Counted from the stretch's first letter, positions 48,557 to 60,650 are shown. The stretch is 64,000 bases of DNA from an uncultured Chloroflexia bacterium (GCA_963751345.1 CAVVUS010000011.1:160001-224000); one strand, 5' to 3'. Notes: generated by a model not told the origin, from the sequence alone. Numbers and translations are program-made.

Positions 48557-51374
48557 ATGATTGACCAGCCCAGGGATTGGCATGCGCTCGGCGTGCATGA
48601 TGCCACTCAGGCACTTGAGACCGACGCGCAAGCCGGCTTGACCTCCGCCGAGGCCAAGCGTCGTTTGGCCGAATACGGTCCGAACGAACTCAAGGAGGAA
48701 CCCCCACCCACTTTCTTTGAACGCCTTTGGAATCAACTGACCGACTTCGTCGTGATGATCCTCTTGGTCTCGGCGGTGATCTCAGCCATCCTTGGTGACT
48801 GGATCGAGGCCGCGGCCATTATGTCCATCGTCATCCTGAACTCTGCCGTCGGCGTGATCCAGGAGAGCAAGGCCGAGGAGGCACTTGCTGCCCTGAAGAA
48901 GATGGCCGCGCCGGACGCGTTGGTCATCCGGGATGGTCACCGTGTGACGGTGGCGACCCGCGAGTTGGTCCCCGGCGACATCGTACTGCTGGAGGCCGGA
49001 AGCATCATCCCCGCCGATCTGCGCTTGACCCTCTCGATGAACCTGAAGATCGAGGAGGCCTCGCTGACGGGTGAGTCGGTCCCGGTGAACAAGTATGCCG
49101 ACCAGGTTGTGAGCAAGGACGCCGGCATCGGCGATCGTCACAACATGGCGTTCATGAGCACGGTTGTGACCTACGGTCGCGGCCAGGGCGCCGTCATTGC
49201 CACCGGCATGGGGACCGAGATCGGCAAGATCGCCGAGATGATCCAGTCGGTTGAAGAGGAGGACACTCCGCTTCAGAAGAAGCTCGACCAGCTCGGCAAG
49301 ACGCTCGGTATCGGCAGTTTGGCGACCGTCGGTGTGGTTCTGGCCATCGGTTTGCTTCGTCCGATCGTCTTCGGCATCTATATCGAGGACTGGGTCCAGT
49401 ACATCAAGGAGTTCTTCATCCTGGCGGTCAGCCTGGCCATCGCGGCCGTGCCCGAGGGCTTGCCCGCCGTGGTCACCATCTGCCTGGCGCTGGGCATGCA
49501 GGAAATGGTCAAGCGGCACGCGCTGATCCGCCGGCTCCCGGCGGTCGAGACGCTGGGATCGGCGATGGTGATCTGCTCCGACAAGACCGGAACGCTCACG
49601 CAGAATCAGATGACGACAGTCCGCATCTGGGCCGACAGTAAGGAATACTCCGTCACGGGTCGCGGTTACAGCCCTGTGGGCTCATTTGAGCTGAATGGCG
49701 AGACCATCGATCTGGCCAACCACCCGACCTTGCGCAATACGCTGTGGGGCGGCATGCTGTGTAACGACTCCATCCTGGAGAAGGATGGCGGCAACGGTTC
49801 GGATTACCGCATGGTGGGCGATCCAACCGAGGGCGCGATGGTCGTGGCGGCGGCGAAGGCCGGCTACTGGACGGACGACCAGGGATGTGACTTCCCGAGA
49901 GTCAACGAGATCCCCTTCGATGCTGAGCGCAAGCGCATGAGCACGGTCCACGCCCTTGACGGTTCCGACAAGGGGGAGCTGAGCCCGATCCACCCGCAGC
50001 CCTCGGGTGCCGGGTACATCACCGTCGTGAAAGGCGCGCCGGACCTGGTCCTCGACCAGTGCACGCGCTTGCAGACCGACGGTGGCCCCATAGACCTATC
50101 GTCCGAGCAGCGTGAGGCGATCCTGCAGGCAAATGCCGGGATGGCGTCCCAGGCGCTCCGCGTCCTGGCCGTGGCCTATCGTTCGCTGGACGAGGTCCCC
50201 GACGAGCCCAAGCATGGCCGAGCTCGAGCGTGACCTCGTCTTCGTTGGTCTTGAGGGCATGATCGACCCCGCCCGGCCCGAGGTACTGCCCGCGGTCAAG
50301 AGGGCACAGGGCGCCGGTCTGCGCACGATCATGGTGACGGGCGACTATGCGGCGACGGCGGCTGCCATCGCCGACGAGATCGGTATTCTCCGCCCGGGTC
50401 ACGAGACGATCTCCGGTGCTCAGCTCGAAGTTATGAGCGACGAGGAGCTGCACCGCCGTATCGACAATGTCGACGTCTTCGCCCGTGTGGCACCTCACCA
50501 CAAGATGCGCATCGTGGCTGCGCTCCGGGATCGCGGCAATGTGGTTGCGATGACCGGCGACGGTGTGAACGACGCACCCGCGCTCAAGCAGGCCGACATC
50601 GGCGTGGCGATGGGCATCACGGGTACGGATGTCACCAAGCAGACGGCCGACATGGTCCTGACGGACGACAACTACGTCTCGATCATCAGCGCCATCGAGC
50701 AGGGTCGTGTCATCTACTCCAACATCCGGAAATTCGTCTATTACCTGATCTCGTGTAACGTCGCTGAGATCATGATCCTCTTCCTCTCAACGCTCTTTGG
50801 CTGGCCACCGCCCCTGACGGCAATTCAACTGCTCTGGCTGAACCTGCTGAGTGATGGTGCACCGGCTCTGGCGCTGGGGATGGAAAAGGGTGATCCCGAT
50901 CTGATGGATCGTCCCCCGCGGCCGCCGGAAGAGCCCGTGATCAACCGTGAGATGGTGATCGGCGTCGTCGTTCAGACGATTGCCATTACCTCTGCCGTGT
51001 TGGCAGCCTATCTGCTGGGTATGAATTACTTCGCAGCCCGGGCTTCGGCCGATCCGCTGCGCACTGCTGAGACGATGGCTTTCATCACTCTGGTAGCGTC
51101 CGAGCTGTTCCGGGCCTACACGGCGCGGTCCGAGCGGTACCCGCTGTTCAAGCTGGGTGTCTTCACCAACAAGTGGATGCAGTACGCGGTTGGCTTCTCG
51201 CTGGTACTGCTCCTGCTGGTGGTTTATATCCCGGTGCAGGCAATTCGAGATGTCTTCAACACCACGCCGCTGAACTTCGAGGAATGGCTGACGATCACGC
51301 CCCTGATCCTGATGCCCGCGGTCGTCGCTGAGCTGCAGAAGGTGATCGTCTTCCGGTCGAGCCGTAGGGGATAG
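48557..51374 (+). CDS. Cation (Ca2+)-transporting P2A-type ATPase (frameshift ~50215)
   Basis: YGPNEL, TGES, PEGL, DKTGT, KGAP, TGD, GDGVND, QLLWLNL.SD. Confidence 0.92.
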
Positions 51375-51387
51375 GCTGTCCTGAATT

Positions 51388-51421
51388 ACCATCCGGGAAG
51401 CTCCGCAGCTTCCCGGATGGT
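51388..51421. terminator. Hairpin downstream of the P2A ATPase
   Basis: ACCATCCGGGAAGCT-CCGC-AGCTTCCCGGATGGT followed by a short T run. Confidence 0.55.
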
Positions 51422-51467
51422 TTGGCGCCAGGTGTCGTGATAGCACGGCACTTGGGCCACATATATC

Positions 51468-51514
51468 AAAAACAGCAGAGCGGCGGTGCCAGCCGGCACC
51501 GCCGCTCTGCTGTT
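51468..51514 (-). terminator. Rho-independent terminator for the PBP1A-response regulator transcript
   Basis: 20-bp perfect stem AACAGCAGAGCGGCGGTGCC/GGCACCGCCGCTCTGCTGTT; A-run gives a U-tract on the minus strand. Confidence 0.75.
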
Positions 51515-51528
51515 GCGACGCGAGAGTC

Positions 51529-52215
51529 CTACGTCGTCTCGGGTGAGAACGTATACCCGACACCCGGCACGGTGATGATGTAGTGCGGGTGGCGCGGGTC
51601 GGGCTCCACTTTGATCCTCAGCCGGCGGATGAGGCCCCGAACGAGATCGCGCTCGCCCTCTCCCGAGTAGCCCCAGACTTGCTCTACGAGGACCTCGGTC
51701 GGCAGGACCTGCTCCTTGTGAATCATCAGGGTATAGAGCAGGCGGAACTCGAGCTGCGTCAGCCGCTTTGGGCTGCGCTTGGCGATGACCACGGTGCGCG
51801 TGGCCGGATCGAGTTCCACGTCCAGGGCGTTGAGCGTGGGCAGCGTGAAGACGGGTAGATTGGCCGCGCGCCGCAGGAGCGCGCGGGTCTGCGCGATCAG
51901 CAGTCGCGCGCTGAAGGGCCGCTGCACGACCAGGTCGGCGCCCGATTCCAGGGTCACCGCGTGGGTAGACTCGTCAAGCTGCTCGGCAATCACCAACAAT
52001 GGCGTCTGATCCTGCGCACGGATGGCCTTGACGGTGGGTAGCGGCGACCCCTCCGCCGTTGCCAAAACGATCAGGTTCGTCGGATTGTCGATGTCATCGG
52101 GCATCGCCAGATCCGGCACCTCGCGGTGGCGGGTCACCGTCAGCCCGGCGCGTTGAAGCACCAGCGAGAGCACTGCGGTCTCGTCGGGGTCCTGCGAGAT
52201 CAACAGAGCCTTCAT
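51529..52215 (-). CDS. OmpR-family response regulator with atypical receiver
   Basis: LT..EFRLL..L, VWGY, I.RLR.KVE.DP..P.YIITVPGVGY winged helix; receiver has A in place of the phospho-Asp. Confidence 0.88.
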   Translation of the reverse strand: MKALLISQDPDETAVLSLVLQRAGLTVTRHREVPDLAMPDDIDNPTNLIVLATAEGSPLPTVKAIRAQDQTPLLVIAEQLDESTHAVTLESGADLVVQRPFSARLLIAQTRALLRRAANLPVFTLPTLNALDVELDPATRTVVIAKRSPKRLTQLEFRLLYTLMIHKEQVLPTEVLVEQVWGYSGEGERDLVRGLIRRLRIKVEPDPRHPHYIITVPGVGYTFSPETT

Positions 52216-52221
52216 GCGCCG

Positions 52222-55200
52222 CTACTCTTGACGCGGGATAACAGTGACCGACACGGGTTCGGTTTCCGTCTTGTTGCCCGCGGCATCATAGACCACCACG
52301 TGGAACTGGTAGCGGCCTGGCCCCTGCAACAGCCAGTTGACGTTGAAGGGTGCCACGGTCCGAACGTTAAACGGCTCCTCCTGACCATTCACGTAGAACT
52401 CCACCTTGGAGATCGCGTAGTTGTCGTTGACCTCCGCATTCACGTTCACCCACTCGTCGAAGCCATATTCGAATTCCGATCCGTCATACGGAAAGGTCAG
52501 ATCTACCTTGGGTGCGGTATTGTCGATCGTCAGTTGGATGGACGCCTGCCTGACCTGTTGGTCGTTGCCGACAACCTGCAGTTGAAGGGTGTAGATGCCG
52601 TCGGCAAGTCCCGTCGTATCGAAGTTCTCGAGCAGGTTGTTGTCAACCTGGTTATTGTGGTCCGGGCCGATGGGCAGCCACTCCGTCGGATTCATGCCCT
52701 CGCCGAAGACGAGGCGGTAGAAGGCCACGTCCCCCCGCGCGTTACCCACGATGGGCACGATGCCGGCGACGTACGAGTAGGTGGTCGGAGAGATGATCGC
52801 CACCTCGGCCTGTGCCTGGCTGGGGGCATTGATCGTGTCGTATTCTGTGGGAGGCTGGTAAAGCTGCCGGCGTTCGTCGGGCAGGCTGGCGATCCAATCC
52901 TGTGCCTCGGGCGGCAGGACGATGTAGACGCGGTCCTCGATGAGTTCGGGCGGGGTGAAGATCGTGGCCAGCTTGCCGGTCTCGCGGTCGACCGGGTACT
53001 TCTGGTAAAGCGTGTCAACCTCGGTTGGCTCGGTACCAGGGATCATCAGCTCGGTGCGTGTGGGGCAGTTGTCGTTGGGCTTGAGGCCTGACACGTCACA
53101 GACTGCGACCTGCTCCAGCCCCCCCGGGTTGGTGAAAGAGACGATCGGCTGATCCTGGAGCGCATATTCCATCACGGCGTGCCATATGTAGGATGCCCCC
53201 CGCGATCCGGGGGTGTTGATCATATAGTCATCTCCATCCTTGTTGCCCTGCCACACCCCGACGACGATCTGCGGCGTGTAGCCGACGGTCCAGTTGTCGC
53301 TGAAGTTGTTGGTCGTCCCGGTCTTCGCTGCGGCCGGCCGATCATTGGCGAGTTCGAGGGGGTTGGGCGTGCCGAATGCGGGGATGCGCGCCTGGCGGTC
53401 GGAGATGATGTTGGTGATCAGGTAGGCCAGACGTGGTTCCAGAACCTGGCGCGACTCAGGTTGGTCCACCTGGTAGAGCACCTTGCCGTTGCGATCCTCG
53501 ACGCGCAGGATGGAGATTGGGTCAAGCTCGCGGAAATTAGGTCGGCGCTCCTCCTCAGGTACGGGTACCCCATACATGGTGCCGTTATTGTCGAAGACGC
53601 TGAAGGCATAGGTCTCGTCGATCAGCTTGACCTCGCCGCCGCCCAGCGTCAGGCTCAAGCCATAGTGATCGAGACTCTGGTCCAGCGTCGTGATGCCCAT
53701 CTTGTGGGCCGTGCGAAGCACGTTGTCGATGCCCGCGATGGACATCGCCTCGACGGCGGGAATATTGAGGGACCGCGCAAGGGCGTTGCGCATGCTCGAC
53801 CGGCCCATTATAGGTGCGGGTGTAGTTCTCGGGCACATACGGGGCCATCCCGGGTCCCCTGTCGAAGGCCTGGCGCACGTCAAGGAACATATAGGCAGGA
53901 TTGTGCCCCTCCGCGAGGAAGGTGACGTAGGTGAAGGGCTTAAAGGAGGAGCCGGGCTGCCGCAGCCCATCGGCCGCGACGTTGAACTTGCCGTCGATGG
54001 ACTCATCCCAGTAATCTGCGCTTCCGACCATGGCCAGGATCTCGCCGGTTGTCGGACGTATCGCCACCAAAGCGGAGTTCTTTACATTGAAATTCACTCC
54101 CACCCGGTTGGCAGGGACGTCCGGAAGATACTGGGCCGCATCACAACCGGCCCCCAGCGCCTCGGAGATCACGGCCGTCGGGTCTTCGCCCGAGAGGATC
54201 CTGAGATAGCTCTGCATGACGCACTGTGCCTGATCGTTGAGCTCCAGGTCGAGGGTCGTATAGACCCGTAGACCACCACCCGCCACGACTTCCGGCCCAA
54301 ACATCTGCTCAAGCTGCCGTCGGACGTACATCGAGAAGTGCGGGGCCTTGATGTCGAAACGCTGGTTGGATTGGGCAAGGTGCCAGGGCTCCGCCTCGGC
54401 GGCGGCGGCCTGCTCGCTGGTGATGCAGCCTTCCTCTACCATGCGTCCCAGGACGATCTCCTTACGCTGCAGGGCATCCTCAGGCGCGTCAAAGGGGTTG
54501 AGCAGGGGATACTGCGGGATCGCGATGAGCGTGGCTGCTTCGGACAGCGTCAGGTCCTTAGCCCCCTTGCCGAAGTAGGCACGCGCCGCGGCGTCGATCC
54601 CATAGGCGAGGTTACCGTACAGGTTGGTGTTAATGTACCATTCCAGAATGGTCTCTTTGTCATAGCGCCGCGTGAGCTCAAGGGAGATCAGGACCTCCTT
54701 GATCTTCCGGGCGTAGCTCTTGTCGAATCGCTCCTCCAACGGGATTACCGAGTTCTTCACGACCTGCTGGGTGATCGAAGAAGCGCCCTGGATCTCGAAT
54801 CCTTGCACGTTATTCACGAAGGCGCGTACAATGCCCCGGAAGTTGAACCCCGGATTGGTCCAGAACGTGTTGTCTTCCATCGCTACGGTGCCGCAGACCA
54901 CGTATTCCGGCATGGTGGAGAGCGAGATCCAGTTGCGGTCTCCTGCGTTGGGGTCGATCACCTCGTAGATGAGGGTGGGGTCCTTCTGCCCATCGCCGTT
55001 GGTGTCAGGGCCCCAGGCGTAGATCTTGGTGGTCTCGAAGGTCTGAACGCTGGCATCTGCTACTTCCTGTGGCGTGGGCAGACCCGCGGTGATCACTTGG
55101 TATGCGCTGGCTGCCGCACCGACGGTGACCCCGACAAAGAGGAGGGAGCCCAGGATAGTGACGAGGACCACGAGTCCCAAGACGCGAGAGATGAGGTTGA

Positions 55201-55288
55201 ACCCTGTGCGGCTTCGATTTCGTTTGCGATCCCGGTCGATCACGATCAGGGACCGGATCAGTGAGACAGGCGTTTGCCTTGTCGTCAT
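52222..55288 (-). CDS. Class A PBP (PBP1A family) with C-terminal Ig-like domains (frameshift ~53800)
   Basis: EDNTF, GASSITQQ, RKIKE, YGN, GSSFK, SLN, KTGT; C-terminal 'VEFYVNG...AYD.AGN'-type Big domain. Confidence 0.92.
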
Positions 55289-55459
55289 AGTATCTAGACC
55301 TCTGTAGGGATTATTGGTAGTGTTGCTGGATGGTCCGCGACTGAAGTGGATTGTGTCGCACACATTGCTCGCGTATTATGCCGTGGACCAAGGGTTTGGC
55401 AAGGTTCGTCAAGGTAGAGCATGCGGCGCTGCTAGGCGTATCACCAAGGTTTTCGGACA

Positions 55460-55487
55460 TTGACGATTCCGCATTATCCATTAGAAT
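55460..55487 (+). promoter_or_regulatory. sigma70 promoter for ffh
   Basis: TTGACG-16-TAGAAT. Confidence 0.55.
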
Positions 55488-55517
55488 GTACGTCAATGGA
55501 AGGAAGGTCGGACACGC

Positions 55518-56852
55518 ATGCCCATGTTTGAGTCGCTGAGCGAGAAGCTGCAGGATGTCTTCAACCGTCTCGGCAAGCACGGGGTTCTGCGCGAAGAAGA
55601 CGTCAATGCTGTTCTTCGTGAGATCCGGCTGGCCCTTCTAGAGGCCGACGTCAACTACAAGGTCGTCAGGGACTTCGTCTCTCGGGTTCGCGACAAGGCC
55701 GTGGGAGAGGAAGTCTCGCGATCACTGGACCCGGCTCAGCAGGTGGTCAAGATCGTGCACCAGGAGTTGGTGACGACGCTTGGCGAGCCCGGCAGGTTGG
55801 AGTTGAGGGGGAGAGCTCCCTACGTGATTATGCTCTTGGGGCTCCAGGGCTCGGGCAAGACGACGCTGGCGGCCAAGCTGGCGCTCCATCTGCGGTCGCA
55901 GGGCCATTTCCCGTTGATGGTCGCCGCGGATACTTACCGGCCTGCAGCGATCACCCAGCTCGAAGTGCTGGGTCGACAGCTGGATATTCCGGTCTACAGT
56001 GAGAGGGATGGCGCCAAGCCCCCGGACATCTGCGTGCACAGCTTGGACGATGCACGGGCTCGTGGGGCCGATGTGGTTATCCTGGACACAGCCGGACGGC
56101 TCCAGATTGACGACACGATGATGTCGGAGTTGGTTGCGATTCGGGATCGTGTCCACCCGGTCGAGAAGCTGTTGGTAGCGGATGCGATGACCGGACAGGA
56201 GGCCGTCCACATTGCTGAGGGTTTCCATCAGCGGGTGGGGCTGACCGGCCTGGTTCTGACCAAGGTCGATGGTGATGCTCGCGGCGGTGCTGCCATCAGC
56301 ATGCGAGCCGTGACAGGGGTTCCCATCAAGTTTCTGGGGACCGGTGAGAAGACGAATGCCCTGGAAGTCTTTCACCCCGACAGGCTTGCATCGAGCATTT
56401 TGGGCATGGGCGATGTGCTCTCGCTGATCGAGCGGGCCGAGTTGACGTTCGATGCAGAGCAAGCGGCTCGTATGGAGCGAAAGCTTCACAAAGGCGAGTT
56501 TGATCTGGAGGATTTCCTTCAGCAGTTACGGCAGGTGCGCAAGATGGGGCCGCTACAAGAGGTCCTGGGCATGATTCCGGGTATCGGAAAGGCGCTGAAA
56601 GGCGTCGATATCGACCAGGAGCAAACCGAGGCCAGCCTCAAGGCTGTAGAAGCGATCATCCTGTCGATGACGCCGCAGGAGCGGCAGCATCCGCGAATCC
56701 TCAATGCCAGCCGGAAACGGCGTGTGGCTGCGGGCAGTGGTACGACGGTTCAGCAGGTGAACCAATTGCTGTCCCAGCATCGGCAGATGGAACGCATGAT
56801 CAAGCGGATGAACCAGGGCAAACTGCGGGGTCTTCAAGGGTTGTTCCAGTGA
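55518..56852 (+). CDS. ffh: Signal recognition particle protein
   Basis: ALLEADV, GLQGSGKTT, DTAGR, TKVDGDARGG, M domain SRKRRVAAGSG. Confidence 0.97.
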   Translation: MPMFESLSEKLQDVFNRLGKHGVLREEDVNAVLREIRLALLEADVNYKVVRDFVSRVRDKAVGEEVSRSLDPAQQVVKIVHQELVTTLGEPGRLELRGRAPYVIMLLGLQGSGKTTLAAKLALHLRSQGHFPLMVAADTYRPAAITQLEVLGRQLDIPVYSERDGAKPPDICVHSLDDARARGADVVILDTAGRLQIDDTMMSELVAIRDRVHPVEKLLVADAMTGQEAVHIAEGFHQRVGLTGLVLTKVDGDARGGAAISMRAVTGVPIKFLGTGEKTNALEVFHPDRLASSILGMGDVLSLIERAELTFDAEQAARMERKLHKGEFDLEDFLQQLRQVRKMGPLQEVLGMIPGIGKALKGVDIDQEQTEASLKAVEAIILSMTPQERQHPRILNASRKRRVAAGSGTTVQQVNQLLSQHRQMERMIKRMNQGKLRGLQGLFQ

Positions 56853-56889
56853 TAAGATGAGCAACAGGTAAGGACTGATTAGGAGACAT

Positions 56890-57310
56890 ATGCTTAGGAT
56901 ACGATTGCGTCGGGTTGGGGCGAAGAAGCAGCCGAGTTACCGCATTGTCGTTGCTGAGTCAACGGCACCCCGGGATGGTAAGTTCGTAGAGAACATCGGT
57001 TTCTATAATCCGCGGACCAACCCGGAGACGGTGAAGATTGACGAGGAGCGCGCGCTGCATTGGTTGTCGGTTGGGGCCTCTCCCAGCGATTCTGTGGCCC
57101 GTATTTTCAGGACGCACGGAACGATGGATCGCCTTGAACGACTCCGTGGCGGGGCTGCGGTGGATGCTTTGGTGGCAGAGGCGGCAGCCGCAACCAAGGC
57201 TGCAGGAGGTCGAGGTGGCCCGGGCGAAAGCCGTGGAAGTTGTTGAGAAGGATGTGGTGGAGGAGCCGGAGTTAGTCTCTGAGGAGTCGTCAGAGGCGGA
57301 GGAAGGTTAG
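56890..57310 (+). CDS. rpsP: 30S ribosomal protein S16 with acidic C-terminal extension (frameshift ~57205)
   Basis: MLRIRLRRVGAKKQPSYRIVVA...RDGKF.E.IGFYNP; tail continues in ORF 57038..57310. Confidence 0.93.
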
Positions 57311-57478
57311 CTCGCGGGATTACCTAACCTTCGCGGACCATAGACAACATAGTCGTATGCTACTTCTCAGGGTGCGCCAACTTGATCTTCAGGCTTCTAT
57401 GACCGATCGTTTCGATATCGTGTCACATCACCCGTTCCATCCAAGCCTATTTCGTTCACAAGCTTAAGGAGGTAGCCG

Positions 57479-57715
57479 ATGTCTAAGGTCAAGGATTTGG
57501 TCGAGTATGTGGTCAAGGCACTGGCCGATAAGCCAGAGGCCGTCAGCCTCTCAGAGATCGAAGGCGAGACGTCGATTGTTCTGGAGTTGCGTGTCGATCA
57601 AGAGGATATGGGGCGGATGATTGGGCGTGAAGGTCGTACGATCAACGCGATGCGGTCGATCGCCCGTGTCCTCGGCGCCAAGATGGGCAAGAAGGTCACT
57701 TTGGAGATTGTCTAG
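57479..57715 (+). CDS. khpA: KH domain RNA-binding protein KhpA
   Basis: DMGRMIGREGRTINA; between rpsP and rimM. Confidence 0.9.
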   Translation: MSKVKDLVEYVVKALADKPEAVSLSEIEGETSIVLELRVDQEDMGRMIGREGRTINAMRSIARVLGAKMGKKVTLEIV

Positions 57716-57760
57716 GTATGGCCGGCTTGGCCAGCTGTAGCGATCAGTCGAGGCTCAGGA

Positions 57761-58286
57761 ATGCAGCGGCAACCTGAGCCTCGTTATTTGGCTGTGGGCC
57801 GGGTTCAGCGCCCTCACGGCGTACGCGGGGAACTGCGAGCGGCGATCCTCACGGCTTACCCTGAGCAGCTGTCGCGCCTGAGCACACTCTATCTTGGGCA
57901 GAAGCAGCGTCCTTATCCATTGGAAAGTGTCCGCCTTCACCAGAAGGTGGCACTGATCAAGTTGGCGGGGGTTGACGACCGGGATGCTGCAGATGAGCTG
58001 CGCGGTGAAATCGCTCTACATCGCCGTCGGGGACGCACTTCCCCTCGAGGAACACGAGCATTACGAGTTCGAGTTGGTCGGCACGAGCGTCTTCACCGAG
58101 GAAGGTGAGCTGCTTGGTGAGATCGTCGAGACCTTCACCGCTCCAGGGGCTAACGACGTCCTTGTCGTCCATGGGCCTCGAGGTGAGGTGCTGATCCCGC
58201 TGATCGAGGACATCATCGTCGATGTGGATCTGGACGCCGGTCGCATCGTGATTCACCCCCTTCCGGGGTTGCTGAGCGACGTCTGA
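57761..58286 (+). CDS. rimM: Ribosome maturation factor RimM (frameshift ~58010)
   Basis: VGRV..PHGVRGE, DRDAA.ELRG, GANDVLVV, LIP. Confidence 0.92.
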
Positions 58287-58392
58287 GCCGTTCCCCCATC
58301 TGTCGTCCCCGATCTGTATGGGCGCCTGCCGGGCGCCTCTTGCCCTAGAACGTCCTTGCGTGTTGTATCCGAGCCGCACGGCGGAGGTAGCG

Positions 58393-59547
58393 ATGGACGA
58401 TGACCTGCGGTACTGGCTTGGTTTCAACCTGGTGAAGGGTATCGGTCCTGTGCGCCTGCGTGCCCTCATCAGGGCCTTTGGCGACGTCAAGTCCGCATGG
58501 ACGGCGTCCGAAGCCGCACTCCGCTCTATCAAGCTGGATCAAAGGGCGCTGACCCATCTGCTGCATGCTCGTCGCACGGAGGATCTGGACAGCATCCTGG
58601 TTCAGATCGAGCATCAGGGCATCCAGGTCCTGACGTGGCAGAGCCCCGACTACCCTCCGCTGCTGGCCCAAGTCCCGGATGCCCCTCCCGTGCTCTTTGT
58701 CCGGGGTAAGATCACGCCCGAGGATGAGTGGGCTGTCGCCGTGGTTGGAACGCGAAAGGCTTCTGTCTATGGACGCGAGGTGGCCCGCAGGCTTTCGACC
58801 GAATTGGGGCGCAATGGCGTGACGGTGGTCAGCGGTCTGGCAAGGGGCATCGATGGGATCTCGCACAAGGCTGCCCTGGAGGGTGGCGGTCGAACCATTG
58901 CCGTGTTGGGTTCCGGCGTCGACAGGATCTATCCGGCTGAGCATCGCCGGCTCGCCGCGGCTATCGCCGAGGCCGGTGCCGTCGTGAGTGACTATCCTCT
59001 CGGTACACCGCCCGATGGCCCGAACTTCCCGCCCCGCAACCGCATCATCAGCGGTCTGAGCCTGGGAGCGGTGATCGTCGAGGCCGGAATCCGCAGTGGT
59101 GCGCTCATCACGGCAGATTTTGCTCTCGATCAGGGACGCGAGGTCTTTGCCGTCCCCGGCAGCATCCTGAGCCCGGTCTCCGCAGGCTGCAACAGGCTGC
59201 TGCGGGACGGGGCGCACGTCGTAACGGAGGTCCGCGACATCCTGGAAGTGCTGCATCTCGACCAAATCCCCGACAAGCAGGCTGCGCGTATGGCGCTTCC
59301 CGAAACACCAACCGAAGCCACGCTCTTCGAGTATCTCTCGGCCGATCCCAGTCATCTGGACGAGCTTGCCAGAAGGTCGGGGATCGCGGTCGAGGTCGTA
59401 AGCAGCACGTTGGTGATGATGGAGCTCAAGGGGATGGTCCGGCAGGTCGGTGGGCTGCAGTACGTTCGGGCCTATGAACCGAGCACCCCCTATAGTGCCG
59501 ACGATGGAGGTGAGGCCCCGAGCCCCGCTTCCCCTTCTCCCCTATGA
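58393..59547 (+). CDS. dprA: DNA-processing protein DprA
   Basis: VAVVGTR, VSGLARGID, FPPRNRIISGL, SGALITA, REVFAVPG. Confidence 0.95.
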   Translation: MDDDLRYWLGFNLVKGIGPVRLRALIRAFGDVKSAWTASEAALRSIKLDQRALTHLLHARRTEDLDSILVQIEHQGIQVLTWQSPDYPPLLAQVPDAPPVLFVRGKITPEDEWAVAVVGTRKASVYGREVARRLSTELGRNGVTVVSGLARGIDGISHKAALEGGGRTIAVLGSGVDRIYPAEHRRLAAAIAEAGAVVSDYPLGTPPDGPNFPPRNRIISGLSLGAVIVEAGIRSGALITADFALDQGREVFAVPGSILSPVSAGCNRLLRDGAHVVTEVRDILEVLHLDQIPDKQAARMALPETPTEATLFEYLSADPSHLDELARRSGIAVEVVSSTLVMMELKGMVRQVGGLQYVRAYEPSTPYSADDGGEAPSPASPSPL

Positions 59548-60641
59548 AAGGCAAGACCATGCAGGATCATCTCTATGCCGTGATTATGGCCGGGGGAGGA
59601 GGCACGCGGTTGTGGCCCCTCAGCCGGCATGAGCATCCCAAGCAGATGCTGAGCCTGGTTGGCGACCGTACGCTCTTCCAGTCGGCAGTTGATCGCCTTC
59701 TGCCGCTCCTGCCGATGGACAGAATCCTTGTGGTCACGGCGGCTGAGCAGGTGCAGGCGCTTTCGGCGCAGTATCCTGAGCTTCCGCGCGAGAACTTCAT
59801 CGTAGAACCACGTGGTCGAGGGACTGCATCATGCATCGGGCTCTCCGCGCTCCACATCCGCCACCTTGATCCCCAGGCCGTCATGATCGTGGTGACGGCC
59901 GATCATCACGTCGAGGATACCGACGCTTTTACGCGCTCCATGCTGGCCGCGGTCACCGTCGCCGACGATGGCTACCTGGTCACGTTGGGCGTGACGCCCT
60001 CGTATCCGGCGACCGGCTATGGCTACATACGCTTTGGCGAGCGGCTGAGAGTCGTGGGGGAATTCGATGTCTTTGCCGTCGCGGCTTTCACCGAGAAGCC
60101 GGACCTCGACCGCGCACGAAGTTTCGTCGACTCGGGTGGCTACGCCTGGAACAGCGGCATGTTCATCTGGCGTGTCGATCGTATTCTGCAGGAAACGGCA
60201 CGGTTGATGCCCTCACTCCACGCAGTTCTGGAAGAGCTCGACTCGGTATTGGGATCAGATGACTATCAGACGCGCTTGGCCATCTTGTGGCCTGCGCTGG
60301 CCAGCGAGACAATAGACTACGGTATTATGGAGCGGGCGGATCGTGTGGCGGTCATCCCGGTGGATATGGGATGGTCCGACATCGGCACCTGGTCCTCCGT
60401 GATGGAGACCCGGGAAGCGGATGAGGACGGTAACGTGATGGTAGGCGATGTGCTTGGGATTGAGACGGAGAACACCATGGTGCTCTCGCAGGGCCGGCGC
60501 CTGGTCGTGGCTATCGGTCTCGACGATGTCATCGTGGTGGACACGCCGGATGCCGTTTTGGTCACGCGGCGTGCAACGTCGGAGAAGGTGCGCGATGTGG
60601 TCAGCCGGCTTAGGGAAGCTGATCGGGGCGACAAGCTCTAG
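59544..60641 (+). CDS. manC: Mannose-1-phosphate guanylyltransferase
   Basis: IMAGGGGTRLWPLSR, PKQ, EP.GRGTA, ADH, TGYGYI, EKP, WNSGMF, IDYGIME, WSDIG. Confidence 0.92.
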   Translation: MKGKTMQDHLYAVIMAGGGGTRLWPLSRHEHPKQMLSLVGDRTLFQSAVDRLLPLLPMDRILVVTAAEQVQALSAQYPELPRENFIVEPRGRGTASCIGLSALHIRHLDPQAVMIVVTADHHVEDTDAFTRSMLAAVTVADDGYLVTLGVTPSYPATGYGYIRFGERLRVVGEFDVFAVAAFTEKPDLDRARSFVDSGGYAWNSGMFIWRVDRILQETARLMPSLHAVLEELDSVLGSDDYQTRLAILWPALASETIDYGIMERADRVAVIPVDMGWSDIGTWSSVMETREADEDGNVMVGDVLGIETENTMVLSQGRRLVVAIGLDDVIVVDTPDAVLVTRRATSEKVRDVVSRLREADRGDKL

Positions 60642-60650
60642 TGTGGACCC

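Noticed and set aside
57311-57478. Possible structured RNA between rpsP and khpA
   Set aside because: AT-richer spacer, but no convincing stem or known motif
8221-58286. Mass pseudogenisation or programmed frameshifting
   Set aside because: rpsP, rimM, def and PBP1A are affected, motifs are intact, and no consistent slippery sequence is seen; long-read error is more parsimonious
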